DNA from: Nitrosopumilus maritimus SCM1
GTDB lineage: Archaea > Thermoproteota > Nitrososphaeria > Nitrososphaerales > Nitrosopumilaceae
Direction of reading: 5' to 3'
DNA length: 32,000 bases
NCBI RefSeq assembly: GCF_000018465.1
Contig: NC_010085.1
Span: 120,001-152,000 of the forward strand
The notes beneath the pieces are model-generated. The model made no database searches and had not been told where the DNA came from. It was given only the letters and a program-made list of their open reading frames with translations. The stretch's first letter is position 1. Each line of letters starts with the position of its first letter. The translations under genes and the position numbers were made by a program. Shown here one piece after another: positions 9,568 to 18,745 of the stretch.

Positions 9568-10626
9568 ATGTCCAAAAAAGTTCAAATCCTTGACACTACA
9601 TTACGAGATGGCAGTTATTCTGTGAATTTTTCATTTACTAGTTCTGATACATCTATAATCTGTTCTAAATTGGAAAAATCTGGAATTAAATTAATTGAAG
9701 TTGGTCATGGACTTGGGTTTAATGCTTCTAACTCTGGTTATGGAAAATCTACACAATCTGATGAAGAATATATGATTGCTGCAAAAGAGTCTTTATCAAA
9801 ATCAATGTATGGAATGTTTTGTATTCCTGGAATTGCTAAACTATCTGATTTAGAACTTGCTAAAAAACATGGTATGGGATTTATTCGAGTAGGTACCGAT
9901 GTTACCAAAGTACATCAATCTGAAAAATTTATCAAAAAAGCAAAAAATCTTGGATTTTTTGTGGCCTCAAATTTTATGAAATCTTATGTAATGCCACCTG
10001 ATAAATTTGCATCAATTGTTAAACAATCTGAAGAATTTGGAACTGATATGGTGTATATTGTGGATTCTGCTGGAGGTATGTTTTCTTCAGATTTGTTAGA
10101 ATATTATAATTCAATAAGAAACGTATCTGAAATTCCACTTGGTTTTCATGGTCATGATAATTTAGGTATGGCAATTTCAAACAGTCTGTATGCTGCTGAT
10201 TTAGGTATGGAATACATAGATTCTTCTCTTCAGGGAATTGGAAGAAGTTCTGGAAATGCTTGTACTGAAGTTTTAGTTATGGCATTGAAGAAAAAAGGAT
10301 TCAAGATAGATGTTGATTTTCATAGTCTCTTTGAAGCAGGACAAGAATGTGTTTACCCATTAATCAATAATTCTAATAAATTACCCCTTGATATTGTTTC
10401 AGGTTATGCTGATTTTCATTCAAGTTATATGCATCATATAATGAAATATTCTTCCAAGTTTAAAGTTGATCCATTATTATTGATTATAGAATATTCTAAA
10501 ATTAATAAAATTGATATTGATGAAAAAAAATTAGAACAAATTGCTAAAAAATTAAAGAGAAAACAGGATATTTACACTGCAAAATACAGATTTAACAGAT
10601 ATGTCGGAAGAGAACAAGATAATTAA
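9568..10626 (+). CDS. HMGL/DmpG-like pyruvate aldolase (4-hydroxy-2-oxovalerate aldolase family)
   Basis: VQILDTTLRDGSYSVNFSF; IKLIEVGHGLGFNASNSGYG (close to DmpG IEVxHGDG); GFHGHDNLGMAISNS; QGIGRSSGNACTEVL. Preceded by GAGGT at 9558-9562. Confidence 0.85.
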   Translation: MSKKVQILDTTLRDGSYSVNFSFTSSDTSIICSKLEKSGIKLIEVGHGLGFNASNSGYGKSTQSDEEYMIAAKESLSKSMYGMFCIPGIAKLSDLELAKKHGMGFIRVGTDVTKVHQSEKFIKKAKNLGFFVASNFMKSYVMPPDKFASIVKQSEEFGTDMVYIVDSAGGMFSSDLLEYYNSIRNVSEIPLGFHGHDNLGMAISNSLYAADLGMEYIDSSLQGIGRSSGNACTEVLVMALKKKGFKIDVDFHSLFEAGQECVYPLINNSNKLPLDIVSGYADFHSSYMHHIMKYSSKFKVDPLLLIIEYSKINKIDIDEKKLEQIAKKLKRKQDIYTAKYRFNRYVGREQDN

Positions 10627-12058
10627 CTCAGAAACTATTAATCAAATTTTTTATGACATTTTTAAGAATAATTGGAATGAATATTTTATTTTTGACACAA
10701 TTACTCAGAAAAAAATAAAATATTCTGAATTTTATAATGAAATTCAATTATGTATTGACAAATTAACTAAAAATGGTATTACTGAAGGAAGTACTATATG
10801 TCTAATTCTAGAAAATTCATATAATTTTGTTAAAATAATCTTTTCTTGTATTTTTTCAAATTTAACTGTGGTTCCAATAGATCCACAAAAAGGATCTGAA
10901 GAAATTAAAGAAATTATTGATTCTGTTAATCCACAAACAATTATTTTTGACAATCAAAAAAATATTTTTTCTAAAAATTCAATAGAAATTAGTAAAATTG
11001 TAAATGACACACAATTTTCTAAACCTCAAAAACTTGAACAGATTAGAAATATTGATAGTGATAAGGATTTTCTTATTACTTTTACATCTGGCTCAACTGG
11101 TAAATCAAAAGGTGTTATCCATTCATTAAAAAATTTAATTCATTGTTCATTGTCATTTAATGAAAAATTTCATTTTAATTCAAAAAATGTGTTTTTGCAT
11201 TGTTTGCCGATGTCTTATATGGCTGGGATCTTAAATTCAATCATTTTACCCTTTATATCTAACAGCAAAATAGTCATCATTCCAAGATTTACTGTAAAAA
11301 CTGTACTTGATTTTTGGTCTATTCCACTAAAATACTCAGTCAACACCTTCTGGTTTACTCCTACAATGATTGGATTGATTTTAAAATTTGATAGAAAAAA
11401 CAAAATTGATTTGTCTGACAAAAATCTAATTGGCTGCGTGGCCACTTCTTCTTTAAATACATCTGTAAAGAACGATTTTGAAAAGAAATATGATATTGAA
11501 TTATTCGAAAGTTATGGATTGTCAGAACTTTTGTTTGTAAGTACAAACTCCCCAAATAATAATTCCTTTACAGCTGGACAACTTATTTCTGGTACTAACG
11601 TAAAATTTGATAATGATGAAATTTTGGTAAAAGTTCCATGGATGTTTAAAAAATATTTTAATTCCGAAAAAAATAATTTAGAAAATAATTATTTTTCTAC
11701 AGGAGATCTTGGAAAAATATCTAAAGATAATCTTTTAATCATTACTGGACGGAAAAAAGATTTGATTATCAAAGGTGGAATAAATATTAGTCCTAAAAAA
11801 ATTGAAGATTTTATACTTAATAAAAAATTTTTAAAGGAATGTGTTATTCTAGGTTTTCCTGATCCAATATTGGGTGAAAAAATTGTTTGTTTTATTTTAA
11901 AGAATTCAATAGATACTGATAGCAAAAAAGAACTAAATAAAAAAATTGTTGAACACTTAGGCAATGATTATCATATTGATGAATTTAAAGAACTAATAGA
12001 AATTCCTAAAAACATTAATGGAAAAATTGATAAAATTCAAATTAGAAATTTTTTTTAA
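10601..12058 (+). CDS. AMP-forming acyl-CoA/acyl-ACP ligase (ANL superfamily)
   Basis: P-loop-like LITFTSGSTGKSKGVIHS; ESYGLSELLF; YFSTGDLG; ITGRKKDLIIKGGINISPKKIEDFI; C-terminal NINGKIDKIQIR with candidate catalytic Lys. Confidence 0.93.
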   Translation: MSEENKIINSETINQIFYDIFKNNWNEYFIFDTITQKKIKYSEFYNEIQLCIDKLTKNGITEGSTICLILENSYNFVKIIFSCIFSNLTVVPIDPQKGSEEIKEIIDSVNPQTIIFDNQKNIFSKNSIEISKIVNDTQFSKPQKLEQIRNIDSDKDFLITFTSGSTGKSKGVIHSLKNLIHCSLSFNEKFHFNSKNVFLHCLPMSYMAGILNSIILPFISNSKIVIIPRFTVKTVLDFWSIPLKYSVNTFWFTPTMIGLILKFDRKNKIDLSDKNLIGCVATSSLNTSVKNDFEKKYDIELFESYGLSELLFVSTNSPNNNSFTAGQLISGTNVKFDNDEILVKVPWMFKKYFNSEKNNLENNYFSTGDLGKISKDNLLIITGRKKDLIIKGGINISPKKIEDFILNKKFLKECVILGFPDPILGEKIVCFILKNSIDTDSKKELNKKIVEHLGNDYHIDEFKELIEIPKNINGKIDKIQIRNFF

Positions 12059-12141
12059 ATTTTAATTATCCAGAATTATTTTATATTTGAAACTAAATTT
12101 GTACATGAAAAATAGAAATATTACTAAAAATAGATAAAAGA

Positions 12142-12786
12142 ATGAATGAAATTATCGATTTGACTTATTCAATAAATGAAAAAATGATTACTTATCCTTC
12201 TCCATGGCATCCAAAAGTTTCTCTTGAACGATTAGGTAAAATTGAAGATGTTGGAAGAAATACTCGTAAATTGGTTCTTGGAACCCATACAGGAACTCAT
12301 ATTGATGCTCCTCTACATTTTATCCCTGATGGAAATAGTATAGAAAGTATTCCATTGGAGAAAATTACAGGTACAGTAACTATTTTGGATTTTACAAACT
12401 TGAAAAATAATCACCCAATTACAAAAGAAGAATTACAAGATAAAAAAATCTCAAAACGATTAATTTTTAGATTTGGTTGGCAGAAATATTGGAATACTCC
12501 TAATTTTTATAATGATTATCCATTTTTTACTGAAGATGCTGCAAATTATCTTGTTTCACAAGGTGTTGAATTGATTGGTTATGATACTCCTTCTCCTGAT
12601 AAAAGTAAACAAGATGATGTAGACTCTCCAATTCATAAGATCTTTTTAAGTAATCAAATTGTTCTGTTAGAATATTTATCAAATTTAGATTGTGTACAAA
12701 ATCTTGAAGGATGGAGTATTGTTGTTGCTCCAATGAAAATAGATGGTTCAGACGGTTCTCCTTCAAGAGTTTTTATTTTCAAGTAG
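12142..12786 (+). CDS. Cyclase/arylformamidase family metal-dependent hydrolase (PF04199-like)
   Basis: DLTYSINEKMITYP; TRKLVLGTHTGTHIDAPLHFIPDGNSI (HxGTHxDxPxH); LIGYDTPSPD. Confidence 0.88.
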   Translation: MNEIIDLTYSINEKMITYPSPWHPKVSLERLGKIEDVGRNTRKLVLGTHTGTHIDAPLHFIPDGNSIESIPLEKITGTVTILDFTNLKNNHPITKEELQDKKISKRLIFRFGWQKYWNTPNFYNDYPFFTEDAANYLVSQGVELIGYDTPSPDKSKQDDVDSPIHKIFLSNQIVLLEYLSNLDCVQNLEGWSIVVAPMKIDGSDGSPSRVFIFK

Positions 12787-12794
12787 GTGATTTT

Positions 12795-13049
12795 TTGACA
12801 ATATTGGAATGGTTGCTTGAATGGTTTGAAAATAATTCTGATCTAAAATCAAATGAAATTTTGAGTTCTTTAAATGAAGATTTTCTAATTAAAGGATGGA
12901 TAGACTCATTTACTTTTATAAATTTAATCACTGAAATAGAAGAAAAATATAAAATTTCTTTTAACACTGATGAATTACAAAATGAAAAATTTGCAACTTT
13001 AGATGGTTTAGCTAATATCATTGGAGATAGAATTGAAAAAAACTTATGA
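12795..13049 (+). CDS. Acyl carrier protein
   Basis: Within ORF 12711..13049. A start at TTG 12795 preceded by AGGTGA (12785-12790) gives MTILEWLLEWFENNSDLKSNEILSSLNEDFLIKGWIDSFTFINLITEIEEKYKISFNTDELQNEKFATLDGLANIIGDRIEKNL, a ~84-aa acidic helical protein. IDSF matches the 4'-phosphopantetheine DSL/DSF site, with Ser codon at 12906-12908. Confidence 0.85.
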   Translation: MTILEWLLEWFENNSDLKSNEILSSLNEDFLIKGWIDSFTFINLITEIEEKYKISFNTDELQNEKFATLDGLANIIGDRIEKNL

Positions 13050-13818
13050 TTTTACTAAGGAAGAAATTGTAACAAAACTAAAACAAATACAAATTAAAAA
13101 AAATGATTCTATATTTATCCATAGTAACTTAGGTCTTTTTGGAAAACTTCCAAATGTAAAAACTGCAGATGAATATTGTACAGTATTTAAAGATGCTATT
13201 TTTGATGTAATTGGAGAGGAAGGAACTTTAGTTATTCCAACCTTCTCATTATCTTTTTGCAAGAATGAGGTTTTTGATAAAAAATATACTCCTAGTTTTG
13301 AATGTGGAATTTTCTCTGAATTTATAAGAACTGATTCTTCTTCTCTTCGTTCTGACGATGCAAATTTTTCTATTGCTGCAATAGGTAAAAATGCAAAATT
13401 TTTTACAGAATTTTCTCCAATTGATTCCTTTGGGGTTGACTCTTTTTGGGAAAAATTTCTTAACGTAGATGGTAAATTATGTAGGTTTAATCTTCCTGCA
13501 AATTATGTAACTTTTATTCATTATATTGAAAAATTTTTGAATGTACCGTATAGATATGATAAAATCTTCTTAGGTTATTCCTTAATTGATGGTTTACAAA
13601 CTAAAAGAAAATTCTCACATTTTGTAAGAGACCTTTCAAATGAAAATCATTCCACAGATTTGACAAAATTGGAGAAGATTTCAATTGATTTAGGATTGCT
13701 TCATAAAACAAATCTTGGTCGTGGGCTGATTTATTCTATATCTTCACAGAGCTTATTCTCGTTGGTTAAAAGTGAAATTAGAAAAGATCCTTCATTATTA
13801 ATCACTGGGAAAATTTAG
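13021..13818 (+). CDS. Aminoglycoside 3-N-acetyltransferase (AAC(3))-like N-acyltransferase
   Basis: KKNDSIFIHSNLGLFG; EEGTLVIPTFSLSF; SPIDSFGVDSFWEKFLNVDGKLCRF...VTFIHYIEKFLNVPYRYDK matches the AAC(3) DxFGxxSPxxxLL...TxxHxxE arrangement. Start codon uncertain (TTG 13021 or 13033). Confidence 0.85.
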   Translation: MEIELKKTYDFTKEEIVTKLKQIQIKKNDSIFIHSNLGLFGKLPNVKTADEYCTVFKDAIFDVIGEEGTLVIPTFSLSFCKNEVFDKKYTPSFECGIFSEFIRTDSSSLRSDDANFSIAAIGKNAKFFTEFSPIDSFGVDSFWEKFLNVDGKLCRFNLPANYVTFIHYIEKFLNVPYRYDKIFLGYSLIDGLQTKRKFSHFVRDLSNENHSTDLTKLEKISIDLGLLHKTNLGRGLIYSISSQSLFSLVKSEIRKDPSLLITGKI

Positions 13819-14257
13819 TCCACTTTTCCCAGTTATAATCCTCAAAGTTTACATTCTCCATTTCATTATCATTTGGTTTCCATGAAATATCAGCTAAAGT
13901 AAGAATACTTGAAATATTTTCTGATAAGTTGATGTGAGCTGATGGGACATTTTTTGGAATATATACCATCTTCGGATTATTTTCATCTGCCAATATCTCA
14001 GTGTATTTCCCATTTTCTTTTACAATAAAAATAACTTTTCCCTTAATACATACAAAACAACTATTTCGTTTTTTATGTAGATGTGGACCTTTAATTCCTC
14101 TTGGATGTACTGAACTAACATATACCATCTTCGGATCATTTTCAATGAATTTATCCCAGTCTCTCCATATCACTGACAATGTTCCATTAATTTTATTTGA
14201 TCTAGTATCTTTTGTAGGATGAGTTTCTAATGGTATTTCTTTAATCTTACTGTTCAT
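13802..14257 (-). CDS. Cupin-fold sugar-nucleotide ketoisomerase/epimerase-like protein (WxcM/FdtA-like)
   Basis: HPRGIKGPHLHKKRNSCFVCIKGKVIFIVKENG...VYIPKNVPSAHINLSENISSILTLAD; cupin strand and His spacing. Confidence 0.75.
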   Translation of the reverse strand: MNSKIKEIPLETHPTKDTRSNKINGTLSVIWRDWDKFIENDPKMVYVSSVHPRGIKGPHLHKKRNSCFVCIKGKVIFIVKENGKYTEILADENNPKMVYIPKNVPSAHINLSENISSILTLADISWKPNDNEMENVNFEDYNWEKWTKFSQ

Positions 14258-14266
14258 AATTCCTGT

Positions 14267-15256
14267 TCAAAAATACCCTTCTTCACGAATCATTTTTTTC
14301 AATTGATTTTTTGAAATAAAATTATTCTTGTTAGAGATATAAGCTGATTTCAATTTTGTTTTTTTATACTTAAGTTTTTTTAACGAGCTAATTTTATCAA
14401 TTGATTGTTGAAATATTATGTAATCTTCTTTTGATTCATATGTTTGAGAAATTTCATCTCCTGAAATTAGTGTCTCATGAAATTTTTCACCCGGTCTTAA
14501 AGAAATTTTTTTAATTTTAACTTTTTTTCCTGATAACTCAATAATTGCATTTTTGAGTTCTTCTAATGTATATGATTTAAGGCGTGGAACAAAAAGCTCA
14601 CCACCATTCCCGTTTTTTAATGCTCTTAGAACCAAGTCAATTGCACCATTCATGGTAATTGTAAATCTTGTCATCTTTGGATCGGTCAAAGTTATTACTC
14701 CTTTATTGGAAATTTGTTCAATAAATCTAGGTAAAACTGAACCTCTACTACCTAAAACATTCCCGTACCTGACACAAACAAATGATGTCTTATGAATTCC
14801 TTTGAAAAAATTTGCTGAAATAATTATTTTTTCCATTAATAATTTGGTAGCTCCATATGTGTTTGCAGGTGATGCTGCTTTATCTGTCCCAATGGCAACC
14901 ACTTTTTTTACATTATTATCTAAACATACATCAACTAAATTTTGAGTACCATAAACATTTGTTTTGATTGCTTCAAATGGATTGTATTCTGCAATAGGAA
15001 CTTGTTTTAATGCTGCAGCATGAAAAACATAATCTACTCCTTCAACAGCTCTTGAAAGTCTTTCCTTATCTCTAATATCTCCAATGAAAAATCGTAGCCT
15101 GCTATCATCTAACTCTTCAAACATTTTGGTTTGTTTCCATTCATCTCTACTAAAAATTCTGATTGTACCGACTTTGCTCTTAAGAAGACGTTTTGTTAAT
15201 GCTGTTCCTAAGGAACCAGTTCCTCCTGTAATGAGAATTGTTTTATTTTCTAACAT
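14267..15256 (-). CDS. pseB: UDP-GlcNAc 4,6-dehydratase (PseB/FlaA1-like short SDR)
   Basis: ILITGGTGSLGTALTKRLL; HAAALKQVPIAEYNPFEAIKTNVYGTQN; AIGTDKAASPANTYGATKLLMEK; VRYGNVLGSRGSVLP; LRPGEKFHETLI. Confidence 0.9.
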   Translation of the reverse strand: MLENKTILITGGTGSLGTALTKRLLKSKVGTIRIFSRDEWKQTKMFEELDDSRLRFFIGDIRDKERLSRAVEGVDYVFHAAALKQVPIAEYNPFEAIKTNVYGTQNLVDVCLDNNVKKVVAIGTDKAASPANTYGATKLLMEKIIISANFFKGIHKTSFVCVRYGNVLGSRGSVLPRFIEQISNKGVITLTDPKMTRFTITMNGAIDLVLRALKNGNGGELFVPRLKSYTLEELKNAIIELSGKKVKIKKISLRPGEKFHETLISGDEISQTYESKEDYIIFQQSIDKISSLKKLKYKKTKLKSAYISNKNNFISKNQLKKMIREEGYF

Positions 15257-15374
15257 TGTTTTGATGAATTACCAGTCATAAAATAACCTTGCTCAAATTT
15301 TTTTCTTATAATTGGTACAAAAACTACATCAATTAAAACAAAGATGATTAATATGTTAAAAATTTATAAAATTA

Positions 15375-16670
15375 ATGAAAATTCTAGTCCCTACCTCTGT
15401 TTTACCTGAAAAAAAAGGTCTTAGATTCAATTTCATTTCAAATATTGTTGATTCAGTGAGAAAAAATAACGATGTAAAAATAATTTGGGTTATATATCAA
15501 CCAGATAAAATTTTAAAAAAAGATACGTCTGAGAATCAAATTTTAGATATACATGATTTTAAGAATGCTATAGATTTAGTTGAAAAATCAAACCCTGATT
15601 GCATTATGGTTGGACAAGAATTGGAACCTATTCAACATTCTTTAAGTTTAGCTGCTAAGAAATTTAATGTACCATTAATCAGTTTTTTCTATAATAATTT
15701 TGAAATAACAAATTCAAATATGTTGGAAAGAAAAAAACAACTTTTATCTTATTTGAGAATTATTCTTTCAAGTAGAGTCCCATCAGATTCATCACATAAA
15801 GGATTTTTAAGAAGATTTAGATTTATTTTATTTAAATTAAATTTTTTAAAAAATACGAAATCATCTCTTAACATGTCTGATTTTAATAACTTCTTTTTTG
15901 TTTTTAAAGAACTTTTTAGTTATTTAACAAAAAAAGAAATAGATGTAAATATTTTTCCTGATCTTTTTCTTTTACCCGATAATTCATGGAATAAAAAATT
16001 ATTATCATTAGGAATTCCTGAAAAAAAATTTGCAGTTGTTGGTAATCCAATTCTAGATGAATTGTATGATAAATCTAAAATAATTAAACAATATTATAAA
16101 AATGATAAAATCTCGATTTTGATTGTTACAGATGCTTTAGTTGAACATGGAATTTGGAGTAGAACTCAAATGACTTATTTTTTTACTGCGCTAATTAAAC
16201 AATTAATTAAAAACCAAAATTTTACTTTTTCTTTAAAAATTCATCCATCATCTGAAAATAAAATTATTTATGAAAAATTATTAAATAAAAATAATGTCTC
16301 GTCTAAAATTTACCAACATGAAAATATTTTGGAAATTATTGAAAAATTTGATATAGTTATTTCTTATGGAATATCTACAATTCATACTGAAATTGCATTG
16401 TTAGGAATGAAAATGTTACTTTTGGATCTGAATTTTAATTTTCCACTTGGTTATTTTGTTAAAGAAGGAATAGAATGCGGAAATATCATCAAATGTCAAA
16501 ATTTTGAATACATGAATAAACAAATTAAACAACTTGTTGACTCGAAATTAGAAAATTTCAGTACTTTTGAGAAAGAACGCAAAAATCTGATTTTTGGTTT
16601 TGATGGATTATCTAGTAAAAGAGCTGCTGACGCTGTACAACAAATTCTTAAAAATAGGGATCAATTATGA
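15375..16670 (+). CDS. GT-B-like surface-carbohydrate biosynthesis protein
   Basis: KKFAVVGNPILDELYD; FSLKIHPSSENK; IIEKFDIVISYGISTIHTEIALLGMKMLLLD. Same C-terminal architecture as 7631..9448. Confidence 0.6.
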   Translation: MKILVPTSVLPEKKGLRFNFISNIVDSVRKNNDVKIIWVIYQPDKILKKDTSENQILDIHDFKNAIDLVEKSNPDCIMVGQELEPIQHSLSLAAKKFNVPLISFFYNNFEITNSNMLERKKQLLSYLRIILSSRVPSDSSHKGFLRRFRFILFKLNFLKNTKSSLNMSDFNNFFFVFKELFSYLTKKEIDVNIFPDLFLLPDNSWNKKLLSLGIPEKKFAVVGNPILDELYDKSKIIKQYYKNDKISILIVTDALVEHGIWSRTQMTYFFTALIKQLIKNQNFTFSLKIHPSSENKIIYEKLLNKNNVSSKIYQHENILEIIEKFDIVISYGISTIHTEIALLGMKMLLLDLNFNFPLGYFVKEGIECGNIIKCQNFEYMNKQIKQLVDSKLENFSTFEKERKNLIFGFDGLSSKRAADAVQQILKNRDQL

Positions 16671-17995
16671 CAAATGTGCTACATTCTCTGGATAACTCTA
16701 ACAATTTAAAAGAAAGAGCCAGAAAAGTCATTCCTCATTTGACTGGAACATTTAGTAGGGCTGCCCCATCATATGTTGAAGGGGTTTTCCCAGTGTATAT
16801 TCAATCTGGAAATGGTTCTCATTTTACTGATGTAGATCAAAATGAATACATTGACTATCTTATGGGACTAGGTCCAATTACATTAGGATATAACTACGAA
16901 CCAGTTAATCGCGCCATTATTTCTCAGCTTAATGATGGAATATTGTTTTCACTCCCTCATCCCATAGAAGTAGAACTATCTGAGAAAGTATGTGAAATTA
17001 TTCCCCACGCTGAGATGACAAAATTTGAAAAATCTGGTTCTAATGCCGTTACTGGAGCTGTTCGAGCAGCAAGAGCATTTACCAAAAATGAAAAAATTGC
17101 ATACTGTGGTTCTGGTGGTGTTTGGCATGATTGGCAAGCCGCTATGGTTAGCAGAGATGATGGAGTTCCAAAATTCAATTCTGAATTAATAAAATTATTT
17201 GATTATAACGATGCAGATGGTTTGGAACAAATTTTTGATGACAATCCTAATGAAATTGCTGCTATTGTTTTAGAACCAACTATGTATGAAAAACCCGAAA
17301 ATGATTTTTTAAAGAAAGTTAGAAAAATTGCAACCCAAAATAATTCTCTTTTAATTCTAGATGAAATAGTTACAGGCTTTCGATTTGATCTTGCAGGAGC
17401 TCAAAAATATTTCGATATTAAAGGTGATTTAGTGTGTTTTGGGAAAGGAATGGGAAATGGCTTGCCAATTTCAGCAATTACCGGACCTTCAGAATATATG
17501 AAAATTTTCGATAAGTTGTGGGTCTCATCTACAAATAATAGTGAAACTCTCTCATTAGCAGGAACAAAAGCTGTCATTTCTGAAATGCAGGAAAAAAATA
17601 CTATTTCACATTGTTGGAAAATTGGAGAGAGCTTACTTGAAGGATGGAATAAGATTGTTGAAAAATTTGATTTAGATGCAAAAATGTCTGGATATCCAAT
17701 TAGAATGCATTTGAAATGCTTTGATTCAAAACATCAAGAATCACTTACTATGAAATCTCTTTTACTGCAAGAAATGGTCAAAAATGGTGTATTTATGTCT
17801 GTATTGGGAGCCACCTTTATTTCATATTCTCATTCACTGGAAGATGTTCAAAAAACTCTTTCCGGATTAGAAACTGTATGTGAATTTATTTCAAAAAATG
17901 TAAAAAATGATAATTATTTGGAATTTTTGGAGGGTGAATTACCCAAAACAATTTGGTCTATGAAATTATCTCCAACTAAGAAAAAAAATCAATAA
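16667..17995 (+). CDS. Class III (glutamate-1-semialdehyde aminomutase-like) PLP aminotransferase
   Basis: FTDVDQNEYIDYLMGLGPITLGY; EKSGSNAVTGAVRAARAFT; LILDEIVTGFR; DLVCFGKGMGNGLPISAITG with PLP Lys; overlaps the previous stop by 4 nt. Confidence 0.9.
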   Translation: MTNVLHSLDNSNNLKERARKVIPHLTGTFSRAAPSYVEGVFPVYIQSGNGSHFTDVDQNEYIDYLMGLGPITLGYNYEPVNRAIISQLNDGILFSLPHPIEVELSEKVCEIIPHAEMTKFEKSGSNAVTGAVRAARAFTKNEKIAYCGSGGVWHDWQAAMVSRDDGVPKFNSELIKLFDYNDADGLEQIFDDNPNEIAAIVLEPTMYEKPENDFLKKVRKIATQNNSLLILDEIVTGFRFDLAGAQKYFDIKGDLVCFGKGMGNGLPISAITGPSEYMKIFDKLWVSSTNNSETLSLAGTKAVISEMQEKNTISHCWKIGESLLEGWNKIVEKFDLDAKMSGYPIRMHLKCFDSKHQESLTMKSLLLQEMVKNGVFMSVLGATFISYSHSLEDVQKTLSGLETVCEFISKNVKNDNYLEFLEGELPKTIWSMKLSPTKKKNQ

Positions 17996-18000
17996 TTTCT

Positions 18001-18744
18001 TCATTTCACACTTTCATTAAACTTTGCTTGATTATCAAGAAATTCTTTCTGTTTATGAAAATTAATTTGTATCAAATGTTTATTATTGTTCAAAAAATCT
18101 AGAATCTCTTTTCCAGAAGATAAGATATCTAAATTTTCATATAGCTTTTTAAAAAATTCTAAATCTTCTTTATAATCTAAAGTAAATCTTACATTTTCAT
18201 TTTTTTCAAAATCTTTCAATGGAACAATATCTGTAGTTAAATTAGCTTTTTCTATATATCTTGTTATGACATCTGTATTGATTTCATCAGTGGGTGCAAC
18301 AGAAAATAATTTTTTTATTCCTTTCTCGTTTATTGCTGATGTAAAAAACCCTGTCACAATATCTTTTGGGTGAGTAATCATATCGACTGATTTATTTTTT
18401 AATTCTGAAATTGCTCTTTTTCCAATATCATAACTATATGAAAGATCATCTCCATCAACTAATAATGCATATTGAATTCCAAATTTATTAAAACACTCAT
18501 ACCATCTTTTAATTTTATTTATTAATGGTCCACGAAATATTTCCACATCATTTTTCTTAGCAATATCTTCAAAAATATCATCTTCTTTTGATGTTGATGT
18601 TGCAATAATTACTGGCAATTCTGTTTTTTTTGCTCTTTGAATGACAACGTCTATTGAAGTGAAGTTATTTTTAATTTCCATTATTGCTTTATTTGGTAAT
18701 CTAGTTGAAGAGTTTCTTACTGAAACAATTGCAGCTGAGTTCAT
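18001..18744 (-). CDS. Cytidylyltransferase-family protein (NeuA/SpsF-like)
   Basis: AAIVSVRNSSTRLPNKAIMEI; VIIATSTSKEDD; VEIFRGPLINKIKRWYECFNKF; ALLVDGDD; FTLDYKEDLEFF. Confidence 0.8.
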   Translation of the reverse strand: MNSAAIVSVRNSSTRLPNKAIMEIKNNFTSIDVVIQRAKKTELPVIIATSTSKEDDIFEDIAKKNDVEIFRGPLINKIKRWYECFNKFGIQYALLVDGDDLSYSYDIGKRAISELKNKSVDMITHPKDIVTGFFTSAINEKGIKKLFSVAPTDEINTDVITRYIEKANLTTDIVPLKDFEKNENVRFTLDYKEDLEFFKKLYENLDILSSGKEILDFLNNNKHLIQINFHKQKEFLDNQAKFNESVK

Positions 18745-18745
18745 T

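Noticed and set aside
10744-13262. Minus-strand ORFs at 10744, 11215, 11361, 11689, 12527, 12779 and 13044
   Set aside because: All antisense to the ligase, cyclase, ACP and AAC(3)-like genes; low-complexity, no domain signal.
14001-17178. ORFs 14001..14222, 14553..14795, 15084..15281 and 16957..17178
   Set aside because: Antisense shadows of the cupin, PseB-like and class III aminotransferase genes.
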